Positions 1-8,199 of a stretch of DNA of 64,000 bases are shown piece after piece. Source of the DNA: Bacteroidales bacterium (GTDB lineage Bacteria; Bacteroidota; Bacteroidia; Bacteroidales; WCHB1-69); assembly GCA_045616665.1 (NCBI GenBank), contig JAZLHE010000098.1:8034-72033 (forward strand), in the 5' to 3' direction. The notes under the pieces were generated by a model, which was given only the letters and a program-made list of their open reading frames with translations, was not told where the DNA came from and ran no database searches. Position 1 is the stretch's first letter; every line of letters starts with the position of its first letter. A program made the translations under genes and the position numbers.

Positions 1-637
1 GAGTAACCATCAGCAAAGTGACGTTGGCAGCGCGGAGGTAATTTTCCAGCCATTCAATCATTTCCACATCCAGATGGTTGGTCGGTTCATCCAAAATAAG
101 CAGATCAGTATCCGAAATCAAAGTCTTGGCCAAAGCCGCCTTTTTCCGCTGACCACCAGATAGCTCATTGATATTTTTTAAGATATCGTGGATTCCGAAA
201 CGCGATAATATCTCCTTAACCCTTGATTCAAAATCCCAAGCCTGCAATCGGTCCATTTCCATAATGGCCTTTTGCATACGCTCGTGAATGGCAGTGGAAT
301 TCTTATCCTGTTCGGACCATAGCAGGCAGGCTTCGTATTCTTTAATTGCCTGAATGGTAGGTGTTTGCGCATCGAAAATAGCATCAAGGACAGAGTAGTT
401 ATCGCTGAAATTATCCATTTGTGGCAAATATGCCACGCGAATGTCATTCCGAATCACCACTTGTCCATCATCAGGCAATTCTCGTCCCGCGATGATATTC
501 AACAACGTACTTTTCCCAGTTCCGTTTCGGGCAATCAAAGCCGTTTTCTGGCCTTTTTCCAAGCCAAAGGTAATGTCGGAGAATAACTCTTTCTCCCCGA
601 TGCTTTTGGAAAGTTTTTCAACAGTCAGGTAATTCAT
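1..637 (-). CDS. ABC-F family ATP-binding cassette protein, N-terminal part (gene runs off the left window edge)
   Basis: Absent from the ORF track because it is open at the window edge. Reverse-strand translation from ATG 637..635 gives MNYLTVEKLSKSIGEKELFSDITF... It has Walker A ARNGTGKST, ABC signature LSGGQRKKAALA and Walker B LLILDEPTNHLD, with no TM segment. Track ORFs 178..447, 365..586 and 441..632 are out-of-frame shadows. Confidence 0.85.
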   Translation of the reverse strand, partial: MNYLTVEKLSKSIGEKELFSDITFGLEKGQKTALIARNGTGKSTLLNIIAGRELPDDGQVVIRNDIRVAYLPQMDNFSDNYSVLDAIFDAQTPTIQAIKEYEACLLWSEQDKNSTAIHERMQKAIMEMDRLQAWDFESRVKEILSRFGIHDILKNINELSGGQRKKAALAKTLISDTDLLILDEPTNHLDVEMIEWLENYLRAANVTLLMVT

Positions 638-676
638 CAAAAGATGAAATAAAATCAGAAATATAGTCTAAGATGA

Positions 677-1051
677 CTATTTTGCGGCAATAGTCTCAAT
701 TTCAACCAATGCTCCGAGAGGAAGGTCTTTCACGGCGAAAGCGGCTCTTGCAGGAGGATTGGATGTATAATATTTGGCATAAACTTCATTCATCGGTTTG
801 AAGAATGCGATATCGCTCAAGAGACAAGTCGATTTGATGACATTGTCGAAAGTATAGCCGGCTTCTTTAAGGATAGCAGCAATATTTTTCATTACCTGTT
901 CAGTTTGAGCTTCAATGCCTTCGGGCATTTTACCGGTAGCCGGGTCAACCGGAATTTGACCTGAAATGAACAACATTCCGTTGGCTTCAATGGCTTGGCT
1001 GTATGGTCCCACTGCTTTGGGGGCATTGTCGGTATGGATAACTTTCTTCAT
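677..1051 (-). CDS. ridA: RidA/YjgF/TdcF family enamine/imine deaminase
   Basis: 124-aa ORF with the family hallmark blocks APKAVGPYSQAI, GMLFISGQIP and PARAAFAVKDLPLGALVEIE. Confidence 0.9.
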   Translation of the reverse strand: MKKVIHTDNAPKAVGPYSQAIEANGMLFISGQIPVDPATGKMPEGIEAQTEQVMKNIAAILKEAGYTFDNVIKSTCLLSDIAFFKPMNEVYAKYYTSNPPARAAFAVKDLPLGALVEIETIAAK

Positions 1052-1083
1052 AGTAAATTTGATTTTTTAAGTTAATGATTTTG

Positions 1084-1091
1084 CAAAGATA
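1084..1091 (-). promoter_or_regulatory. Bacteroidota-type -7 promoter box (TATCTTTG on minus strand) for ridA
   Basis: The reverse complement of caaagata matches TAnnTTTG, 33 nt upstream of the ridA ATG. Confidence 0.45.
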
Positions 1092-1155
1092 CGATTTTTT
1101 TTGATGTATAATTACTTTATTCAGCACGAAAAGTCATTCTATTTTTATCAGGAAC

Positions 1156-2142
1156 TCATAAATGACACAAGGAAAAATATTTCTGCATCACGCGCAAGGC
1201 AATATAGCGTTCTCTTCGTTCATCGCGGAATTGTGCAACATATTTCTGCGCATTTTGTGACATTTGTTCTGCTTCTTTGGGATGGGCAGTGTAATAATCC
1301 AATTGCTGATGCAAATCACTGTAGTCATCTTTGATTTCAACATAATGCACGCCGCCTTGAAGACGACCTTCCATAAACCAGGTTTCGCAGGTGGGGCGGG
1401 GCATTACCGCCAAAGAATTGCTCGACATCACCCACTTTAAATTACTGGCCACATCATTGCCTTCCAAGGCCATAATATACTTGTAATCAAGATGTTCATA
1501 TAGAGACATTCGCGGAACGATGGTTTTTCCGTCGGGATTGTCGGCCAGAAGACCGCCATTGGCCAGAGTGTTGGCGGCATCCACGCGCGGATCACTGGCA
1601 AATTGTTGTATAAATCGAATACGGTTTTTGCGCGTGCCCACTTGTCCTCTAAAAATAACGCGGTCTTGTTTATCGGCAAATGGAATCCGGTCATTGACAT
1701 AAACAAAATGCCGACATTTGTCTAATTTCAGCAGTACCGCATTGGCATTATCTGGCGTAAGACTGCGGCTTTTGACAATCGTAGGATAGGGTGGAATGTC
1801 CCGAATATCTCCAAACAGATAATTCCACGGCAAATCGGGATTAAACCAACGGATAATTTCGCGACTGTCATAATAATAGGTGCTATTATGGCCTTTTTTG
1901 TGCAAATCACCGATTCGCGAAGCGGCAGGTCCCAAATCCGAGGATGTCATCAGCTTGCAATAATAGTCAACCCGATCAGCGATATATTTTTCATCGTAAA
2001 GGCGTGCGCAAATTTCCATTTCTTTCTGCAGTTGTTGACGCGTCCACGAATCCGGAACAAGTTCCCGAGCCACGGCTTTCAGATAAAATAGAAATTTGGA
2101 ATTTTTACCGCTATGAAATATGTATTTTAAAGAAGCGTTCAT
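1156..2142 (-). CDS. Glycosyltransferase family 90 / CAP10-domain (LPS-modifying type) protein
   Basis: The ORF track starts at a TTG (2154); the first ATG (2142) gives MNASLKYIF... The C-terminal half (FRGQVGTRKNRIRFIQQF..., YKYIMALEGNDVASNLKWVMSSNSLAVMPRPTCETWFMEGRLQGGVHYVEI) resembles the CAP10/GT90 domain from memory. No HMM was run. Confidence 0.65.
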   Translation of the reverse strand: MNASLKYIFHSGKNSKFLFYLKAVARELVPDSWTRQQLQKEMEICARLYDEKYIADRVDYYCKLMTSSDLGPAASRIGDLHKKGHNSTYYYDSREIIRWFNPDLPWNYLFGDIRDIPPYPTIVKSRSLTPDNANAVLLKLDKCRHFVYVNDRIPFADKQDRVIFRGQVGTRKNRIRFIQQFASDPRVDAANTLANGGLLADNPDGKTIVPRMSLYEHLDYKYIMALEGNDVASNLKWVMSSNSLAVMPRPTCETWFMEGRLQGGVHYVEIKDDYSDLHQQLDYYTAHPKEAEQMSQNAQKYVAQFRDERRERYIALRVMQKYFSLCHL

Positions 2143-2195
2143 CACGAAGGACAATAATGATTTTGAGTGGCAAAATTACGCATTTTTCGGCAAAC

Positions 2196-2227
2196 AAAAA
2201 AACCCCTGACAAACAGGGGCTTTTTTA
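2196..2227 (-). terminator. Rho-independent terminator downstream of gdhA
   Basis: Stem cccctg (2203..2208) / cagggg (2214..2219) with a 5-nt loop, flanked by an A-run on plus strand, which is a T-run on the minus strand after the hairpin. Confidence 0.7.
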
Positions 2228-2254
2228 TAAAGAAGACCAAAAGGTCTAAAAGTA

Positions 2255-3598
2255 TTAGTAAGCAATACCTTGAGCGATCATAGCGTTGGCAACCTTGATG
2301 AAACCAGCGATATTGGCACCCTTAACGTAGTTGATGTAACCGTTCTTTTCGGTACCATATTTAACGCAGTTTTCGTGGATGTTGTTCATGATGCCGTGTA
2401 ATTTTTCATCAACTTCGGCAGCAGTCCAAGAAAGGTGCATAGCGTTTTGGCTCATTTCAAGACCTGAAGTAGCAACGCCACCAGCGTTAGCAGCTTTACC
2501 AGGAGCGAAAGAAACTTTCTTCTTCTGTAATGCGGCAACAGCGTCAGCGGTACAACCCATATTAGAAACTTCAACAACGTATTTAACCTTGTTGGCGATC
2601 AACATCTTGGCATCGTCACCGTTCAATTCGTTCTGGATAGCGCAAGTCATAGCGATTTCGCAAGGAACTTCCCATACTTTGTGACCCTTAACGAATTTAG
2701 CTGATTTGAACTTCTTGGCGAAAGGTTCAACAACGTTGTTACGTGTTGCGTTCAATTCGTTCATATAAGCGATCTTTTCAGGAGTGCTGATACCTTCTTC
2801 GTCAATGATGTAACCATCAGGACCAGAGATAGCAACTAACTTAGCGCCGAGTTCGGCAAGTTTAAGAGCCGTACCCCAAGCAACGTTACCGAAACCAGAG
2901 ATGATGCAGCGTTTGCCTTTCAGTTTGTCTTTCTTAGCAGCCAACATACCTTCCAAGAAATAAACAGCACCGAAACCGGTAGCTTCTGGACGAATCAAAG
3001 AACCGCCCCATTCAAGACCTTTACCAGTGAGAACGCCAACGTGTTCGCCACGGAGTCTCTTATATTGACCATACATGAAACCGATTTCACGACCGCCAAC
3101 ACCGATATCACCAGCAGGAACGTCAGTATCAGCACCGATATATTTCTGTAATTCAGTCATGAAAGCTTGGCAGAAACGCATAACTTCGCCTTCTGATTTG
3201 CCCTTAGGATCGAAGTCAGAACCACCTTTGCCACCACCCATTGGGAGAGTAGTCAAAGAGTTTTTGAAAGTCTGTTCGAAAGCCAAGAATTTCATTGTGT
3301 CTTCAGTTACTGTAGGATGGAAACGGATACCGCCCTTGTAAGGTCCGATAGCCATATTGTGTTGTACACGGTAACCACGGTTTACTTGGATATTACCCTT
3401 ATCGTCAACCCAGGTAACTTTGAATTTGATAATTCTTTCAGGTTCAAGAATTCTTTCTACGATTTTGTAATTGTCATAGATAGGATTTTCGTTCACGAAA
3501 TCACAAATGGTTTCCAAAACTTCGGTAGCAGCCTGAATGTACAGAGGTTGTCCCGGATTCTTAGCCGTTACGTCGGCAACTAATTTTTTAAGATCCAT
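2255..3598 (-). CDS. gdhA: NAD(P)-specific glutamate dehydrogenase
   Basis: 447 aa. Carries the Glu/Leu/Phe/Val dehydrogenase catalytic block PMGGGKGGSDFDPKGKS, plus KGGIRFHP and the dinucleotide fold ISGFGNVAWG. Confidence 0.95.
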   Translation of the reverse strand: MDLKKLVADVTAKNPGQPLYIQAATEVLETICDFVNENPIYDNYKIVERILEPERIIKFKVTWVDDKGNIQVNRGYRVQHNMAIGPYKGGIRFHPTVTEDTMKFLAFEQTFKNSLTTLPMGGGKGGSDFDPKGKSEGEVMRFCQAFMTELQKYIGADTDVPAGDIGVGGREIGFMYGQYKRLRGEHVGVLTGKGLEWGGSLIRPEATGFGAVYFLEGMLAAKKDKLKGKRCIISGFGNVAWGTALKLAELGAKLVAISGPDGYIIDEEGISTPEKIAYMNELNATRNNVVEPFAKKFKSAKFVKGHKVWEVPCEIAMTCAIQNELNGDDAKMLIANKVKYVVEVSNMGCTADAVAALQKKKVSFAPGKAANAGGVATSGLEMSQNAMHLSWTAAEVDEKLHGIMNNIHENCVKYGTEKNGYINYVKGANIAGFIKVANAMIAQGIAY

Positions 3599-3642
3599 AG
3601 TATATGTTTTTTAAAAGGTTTGTGTTAATCTTTTTTCGTGTG

Positions 3643-3650
3643 CAAAGGTA
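3643..3650 (-). promoter_or_regulatory. -7 promoter box (TACCTTTG on minus strand) for gdhA
   Basis: The reverse complement of caaaggta matches TAnnTTTG, 45 nt upstream of the gdhA ATG. Confidence 0.45.
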
Positions 3651-3695
3651 TGAATTTTTTTCGAATTTTATTCGTTTCTTATAAAATATTTTTCC

Positions 3696-4061
3696 TCATT
3701 TAAATATGAAGTAAACGGCCAACACCAAAAATGTGAATCCAATCAAATGGTTATACGTAAGATGTTGATTTTTAAACACTAACAAAGTGAATACAGTGAA
3801 CACCGTCAAGGTAATCGCTTCTTGAATGACCTTCAATTGCCACAAATTAAAAGGACCCCCGTTATCGACAAAGCCGATTTTGTTGGCAGGAACTTGAAAG
3901 CAATATTCAATGAAGGCAATACCCCAGCTGATTACGATCGTGAGGGGCAAACTTAAATTGCTTAGCCAACTGACATCCTTGAATTTCAGGTGTCCATACC
4001 AAGCACAAGTCATAAAAACGTTAGCAATAATTAGAAGAACTATAGTATAAACAGCTTTCAT
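3696..4061 (-). CDS. Small DMT-superfamily membrane protein (DUF486-like)
   Basis: 121 aa with four hydrophobic helices. The start MKAVYTIVLLIIANVFMTCAWYGHLKF is typical of the DUF486 family as I recall it. Its ATG overlaps the recJ TGA (ATGA at 4061..4058). Confidence 0.7.
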   Translation of the reverse strand: MKAVYTIVLLIIANVFMTCAWYGHLKFKDVSWLSNLSLPLTIVISWGIAFIEYCFQVPANKIGFVDNGGPFNLWQLKVIQEAITLTVFTVFTLLVFKNQHLTYNHLIGFTFLVLAVYFIFK

Positions 4062-5833
4062 AAGTTTTCGTTGGCACGAATATCTTTAATGTTGAGTTGT
4101 ATGGTAGTTTTATTATTCCAATTGTTTTCTTCCACGTGATAGACGATATCAAATTTCTTCTTGTTGGTAATCAAGTCGAATTTTTCGTGAAGATTATAAC
4201 CAATGCCGTCCAACGGTTGCGTTGACTTGTCAGGATACAGCACCCTCATTTTGACGTGTTTTCCCTTGTTTCCAACGACTTTTCCGTTACCTTCTTCAAC
4301 GACACCATTCGATTGAAAAACAGGAGCCATATTGCCCGGTCCAAAGGGTGCAAAGCGATTGAGATTGGCAACAAAATTGGTTGTAATGTCCGACAGGTCC
4401 AAGGCCAAATCCACATTGATTTCAGGAACGTATGCGTCTTCCTCGAGATTTTCTGCCACATATTGTTCAAAGCGTTCCTTAAACTCTTCCAGATTTTCTT
4501 CTTTCATAGACAATCCGGCCGCAAATTTATGGCCGCCGAAATCTTCCAACAAGTCCGAGCAGCTGTCGATACCGTCATAAATGTTGAATTCTTTGACGGA
4601 GCGTGCCGAGCCGGTAATCAAGCCGTTGGAAGAACGCGTCAGCACGATGGTCGGCTTGTAAAATTCCTCCACCAGACGAGATGCCACGATTCCGATAATA
4701 CCCTTAAACCAGTTGGGATTGTATATCACAATGCTCTTCCGGTTGATATATTCGTGGGTGTTTTTGATCATATTGACGGCCTCTTCGGTCGCATTTCTGT
4801 CTTGTTCTTTTCGTTGCTCGTTCTGGTTATTGATATTGTCGCCAATGTCGGACGACTTGTCCTCGTCTTCACAAATAAACAAGCGGACAGATTCCTTACC
4901 GCTTTTCATTCTGCCGGCGGCATTAATGCGCGGTCCCACATAAAACACCAGGTCGGTAATGGAAATCACGCGGTTGAAAATCGTTTCTTCTTTGAAAGGA
5001 TAATGGACTTTGATTCCTGATTTTTCCAAAATTGACTTGATTCCCACACGCGGGAAACGATTGATCATTTCAAGTCCATAATGGGCTAAAATTCGATTTT
5101 CTCCAGTAATGGCCACGATGTCGGAAGCGATACTCACCGCCACCAAATCCATTCGTGACAACCACAACTGGTCAGGGAGGTCAAATTTTTTGCAATATCC
5201 CTGAATCAGTTTAAAACCAACGCCGCAACCTGACAATTCCTTGTAAGGGTAGGGGCAATCACTGCGCTTGGGGTCCAACACGGCAACGGCGTGCGGTAAC
5301 TCATCACCTTCCAAATGATGATCGCAAACAATCACATCAATGCCATACTTGTTGGCAATGTCGATTTTGTCGTTGGCTTTGATGCCGCAATCTAATGAGA
5401 TAAGCAGGTTGATGCCACGCTCGTAGCAATATTCGACACCTTCTTCGGAAATACCATAACCTTCGCTGTAACGGTCTGGAATGTAAAATTCTACAAATTT
5501 ATCCGAATCCGTACCGATGATTTCACAAAGGAACGAGTAAAACAATGCCACAGCCGAAGTTCCATCCACATCATAGTCGCCATAAACCATTATTTTTTCG
5601 TTATTAATAATAGCTTTGGACAAGCGTTCAACGGCCTTGTCCATATCTTTCATTAGAAAAGGATCGTGTAGTTTATTGATGTCTGGATTGAAGAACTCGT
5701 CGGCCTGATCAACCGTCGTGATGCCGCGAGAAATAAGCAAAGAGGCTAAAGGTCGCTCAATCTTCAGTTTCTCGCTCAACTCTTCAACGGCTTTGTCGTC
5801 AGGTTGTTCCGAATTAATCCATCTTTTATTCAT
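4058..5833 (-). CDS. recJ: Single-stranded-DNA-specific exonuclease RecJ
   Basis: DHH motifs (VYGDYDVDGTSA, DCGI, VCDHH) and DHHA1 (GGHKFAAG). The start was moved to the ATG at 5833 (MNKRWINSEQP...), because the 15 extra residues in the track ORF look non-native. Confidence 0.93.
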   Translation of the reverse strand: MNKRWINSEQPDDKAVEELSEKLKIERPLASLLISRGITTVDQADEFFNPDINKLHDPFLMKDMDKAVERLSKAIINNEKIMVYGDYDVDGTSAVALFYSFLCEIIGTDSDKFVEFYIPDRYSEGYGISEEGVEYCYERGINLLISLDCGIKANDKIDIANKYGIDVIVCDHHLEGDELPHAVAVLDPKRSDCPYPYKELSGCGVGFKLIQGYCKKFDLPDQLWLSRMDLVAVSIASDIVAITGENRILAHYGLEMINRFPRVGIKSILEKSGIKVHYPFKEETIFNRVISITDLVFYVGPRINAAGRMKSGKESVRLFICEDEDKSSDIGDNINNQNEQRKEQDRNATEEAVNMIKNTHEYINRKSIVIYNPNWFKGIIGIVASRLVEEFYKPTIVLTRSSNGLITGSARSVKEFNIYDGIDSCSDLLEDFGGHKFAAGLSMKEENLEEFKERFEQYVAENLEEDAYVPEINVDLALDLSDITTNFVANLNRFAPFGPGNMAPVFQSNGVVEEGNGKVVGNKGKHVKMRVLYPDKSTQPLDGIGYNLHEKFDLITNKKKFDIVYHVEENNWNNKTTIQLNIKDIRANENL

Positions 5834-5885
5834 TTTGTATATTATATATTTAGGTCGCAAATATATAAAAAAAATCAATAAGTTG

Positions 5886-7334
5886 CTACAATTTCATCTT
5901 TTTTTCTATTTCATCTATGGCAAGTCTGATTTTTTTGTCGGTTTCGTAAAGGTTATTGATGGTTCTACAGGCATGCAAAACGGTGGCGTGATCCTTGTTT
6001 CCGCAATATGCGCCAATGGTTGACAAAGGCAATTTGGTATATTTTTTCGCAAAATACATACTCAATTGGCGTGCCTGCACAATCTCACGCTTACGCGTTT
6101 TGGCATTAATCATATCAATGGAGATGTGGAATTGATCACATATCACCTTCTGAATGTATTCGATGGAAATCTCCTTGGCCGTACTCTTGACATACTTGTC
6201 AATCATTTCCTTGGCCAAATCAACGGTAATGGCTTTGCGATTCAGTGACGCCTGGGCCAAAATAGCAATCATAGCACCCTCTAACTCTCTGGTATTCGAA
6301 GTGATACGTAGTGACAGATAATCTATTACTTCAGGTGGAAATTCAATGCCGTTGTTTTCCAATTTTTTGCGCAAAATGGCTATTCTCGTCTCCAGGTCCG
6401 GCACTTGCAAATCGGCCGTCAAGCCCCATTTGAAACGAGAAAGCAGGCGAGGTTCAAATCCCGCAATTTCAACCGGTGACTTATCCGCCGTGATGACAAT
6501 TTGCTTTCCTTTCTGGTGCAGATGGTTGAAGATATGGAAGAACGCCTCCTGCGTTTTGCCTTTTCCACCGGAAATAAATTGAATATCGTCAATAATCAAC
6601 ACATCCACTGACTGATAAAAGAAAATGAAGTCATTGACATTGCCGTTTTTCACGGATTCGACATATTGCTGGAAAAACAAGTCCGAATTAACGTACAAAA
6701 CGGTTTTATCAGGATGGAACACCTTGGTTTGCAAGCCGATGGCGTGAGCAAGGTGTGTTTTTCCCAAACCCACTTCAGAATAAATGAACAAAGGATTGAA
6801 AGCAGTTCCACCCGGATCTTTGGCTACAGCCCAACCAGCTGAACGAGCTAAACGGTTACAATCTCCTTCAATATAATTGTCAAAATTCAAGGATTCAATC
6901 AGGTTGGAATTGATTTTCTGCTTTTTCAGCCCTGGTGCGACGAAAGGATTGGGAATGACCTTGTTAGGCGCATTATACACGTCAATTGGCGGTTTTACGG
7001 CCGGATTGTTCACAGCGGGACGATAACTGGAAGGCAGGGTGATGGTCTTGGACTGTTCAGGTACGTTTTGCTTTTCCATCAGCACCTTGTATTGCAATTT
7101 TCCATTGACACCGAGTTCCCTTTTTATTACCTTTTTCAATAAGTTGACATAATGTTCTTCTAACCATTCGTAGAACAAGTGACTGGGTAGTTGGATAATT
7201 AATGTGGAATTTTCTATCGCAACTGGAACAATGGGGACAAACCAGGTATTGTAAGCGTCAGCCTCAATATTGTCCTTGATGATTGCCAGACAATTCTTCC
7301 AAACCGCATTGTAATCCTTTGTAATCGTATTCAT
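5886..7334 (-). CDS. dnaA: Chromosomal replication initiator DnaA
   Basis: 482 aa. AAA+ Walker A (SEVGLGKTHLAHAIG), Walker B (LIIDDIQF), sensor and box VII regions, and the C-terminal DNA-binding domain (ARQLSMYFAKKYT...IGAYCGNKDHATVLHACR). Confidence 0.97.
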   Translation of the reverse strand: MNTITKDYNAVWKNCLAIIKDNIEADAYNTWFVPIVPVAIENSTLIIQLPSHLFYEWLEEHYVNLLKKVIKRELGVNGKLQYKVLMEKQNVPEQSKTITLPSSYRPAVNNPAVKPPIDVYNAPNKVIPNPFVAPGLKKQKINSNLIESLNFDNYIEGDCNRLARSAGWAVAKDPGGTAFNPLFIYSEVGLGKTHLAHAIGLQTKVFHPDKTVLYVNSDLFFQQYVESVKNGNVNDFIFFYQSVDVLIIDDIQFISGGKGKTQEAFFHIFNHLHQKGKQIVITADKSPVEIAGFEPRLLSRFKWGLTADLQVPDLETRIAILRKKLENNGIEFPPEVIDYLSLRITSNTRELEGAMIAILAQASLNRKAITVDLAKEMIDKYVKSTAKEISIEYIQKVICDQFHISIDMINAKTRKREIVQARQLSMYFAKKYTKLPLSTIGAYCGNKDHATVLHACRTINNLYETDKKIRLAIDEIEKKMKL

Positions 7335-7637
7335 CGTTTCCGAAATTCTTTTTTAGTCGTAATTACTTGTATTTGAATAAATTAACAGAAATAACTTTCT
7401 CGTTTTTTGATGATACAAAAATGAACAAAAAAAAGTTGAAAAAATGCAAATATGATGCTTGATTTTTAAAAAACTTTGTATATAGTGAAATGAGGGTTTT
7501 CGCCACCTCAAAAATATAAGTTGTTTGATTTCAGCATTATATGTTTTCAACAATATGAAATAATCACTTAAGTGATTCAAAATCAATATAATACATATTT
7601 ATTTATTAACAATTCCGGATTTAATTTAAAAAAGATG

Positions 7638-7645
7638 TATTTTTG
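7638..7645 (+). promoter_or_regulatory. -7 promoter box TATTTTTG for the 7713 lipoprotein gene
   Basis: Exact TAnnTTTG match 68 nt upstream of the ATG at 7713. Confidence 0.4.
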
Positions 7646-7712
7646 CACTCCAAAAGGTAAACATAAAGATATATACATTAATTTATTCTATAAACCTAAA
7701 AATTATTTTATT

Positions 7713-8174
7713 ATGAAAAAAGCACTATTTATCATTGCCGCAGTAGCTATGGTGTTCTCACTGAATTCTTGTAACAAGCAAAATTCTACATACGGTGGAA
7801 CATACGTAGGCTCTTATCAATTTTTCAAACAAAATTCACCCAATGTTGATTCAGTTAGAAACAACAAAAAACTTCCCGTTCTTCAATTAACCGACAACAG
7901 CGTTTCTGTTTTTGACGTTATTCCATTGTCAAAAGCATCAGAAGGCATTTATGAAACCAGCGAAGAAGGAACTTCATTCTTGACCACTATTTTGAGTACA
8001 TTTGGCGTAGGTGCCGGTGTGAATGAAAGTATCAAGGCGGTTAAGTTGCGTGCCGATTTCACGGTTTCCCAACACCTTACTTTCACGATGGCATACGAAG
8101 TAAGTCTTTTGCAAGGTCTTGCCAATACCGAAATCCGTATTCTTCAGTTTGATGGCGACAAACAGGTCAAATAG
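7713..8174 (+). CDS. Hypothetical lipoprotein
   Basis: The track ORF starts at 7572, but the internal ATG at 7713 yields a clean lipoprotein signal, MKKALFIIAAVAMVFSLNSC. No recognisable domain. Confidence 0.55.
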   Translation: MKKALFIIAAVAMVFSLNSCNKQNSTYGGTYVGSYQFFKQNSPNVDSVRNNKKLPVLQLTDNSVSVFDVIPLSKASEGIYETSEEGTSFLTTILSTFGVGAGVNESIKAVKLRADFTVSQHLTFTMAYEVSLLQGLANTEIRILQFDGDKQVK

Positions 8175-8199
8175 TTAGTAATCCTAAAGATTCAATTTT

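Noticed and set aside
4256-5020. 254-aa plus-strand ORF inside recJ. Similar long antisense ORFs occur at 20408..20887, 22909..23424, 23132..23677, 34335..34940, 36663..37145, 42906..43460, 55477..56322, 61777..62358 and 63140..63634.
   Set aside because: Each lies entirely antisense to, or out of frame within, a gene with strong family motifs. They have low-complexity or Arg/His-rich composition and no start context, so they are shadow ORFs.
7335-7712. oriC next to dnaA.
   Set aside because: No cluster of DnaA boxes within 1 mismatch of TTATCCACA was found on either strand. It is kept only as a low-interest finding that needs whole-genome skew data.
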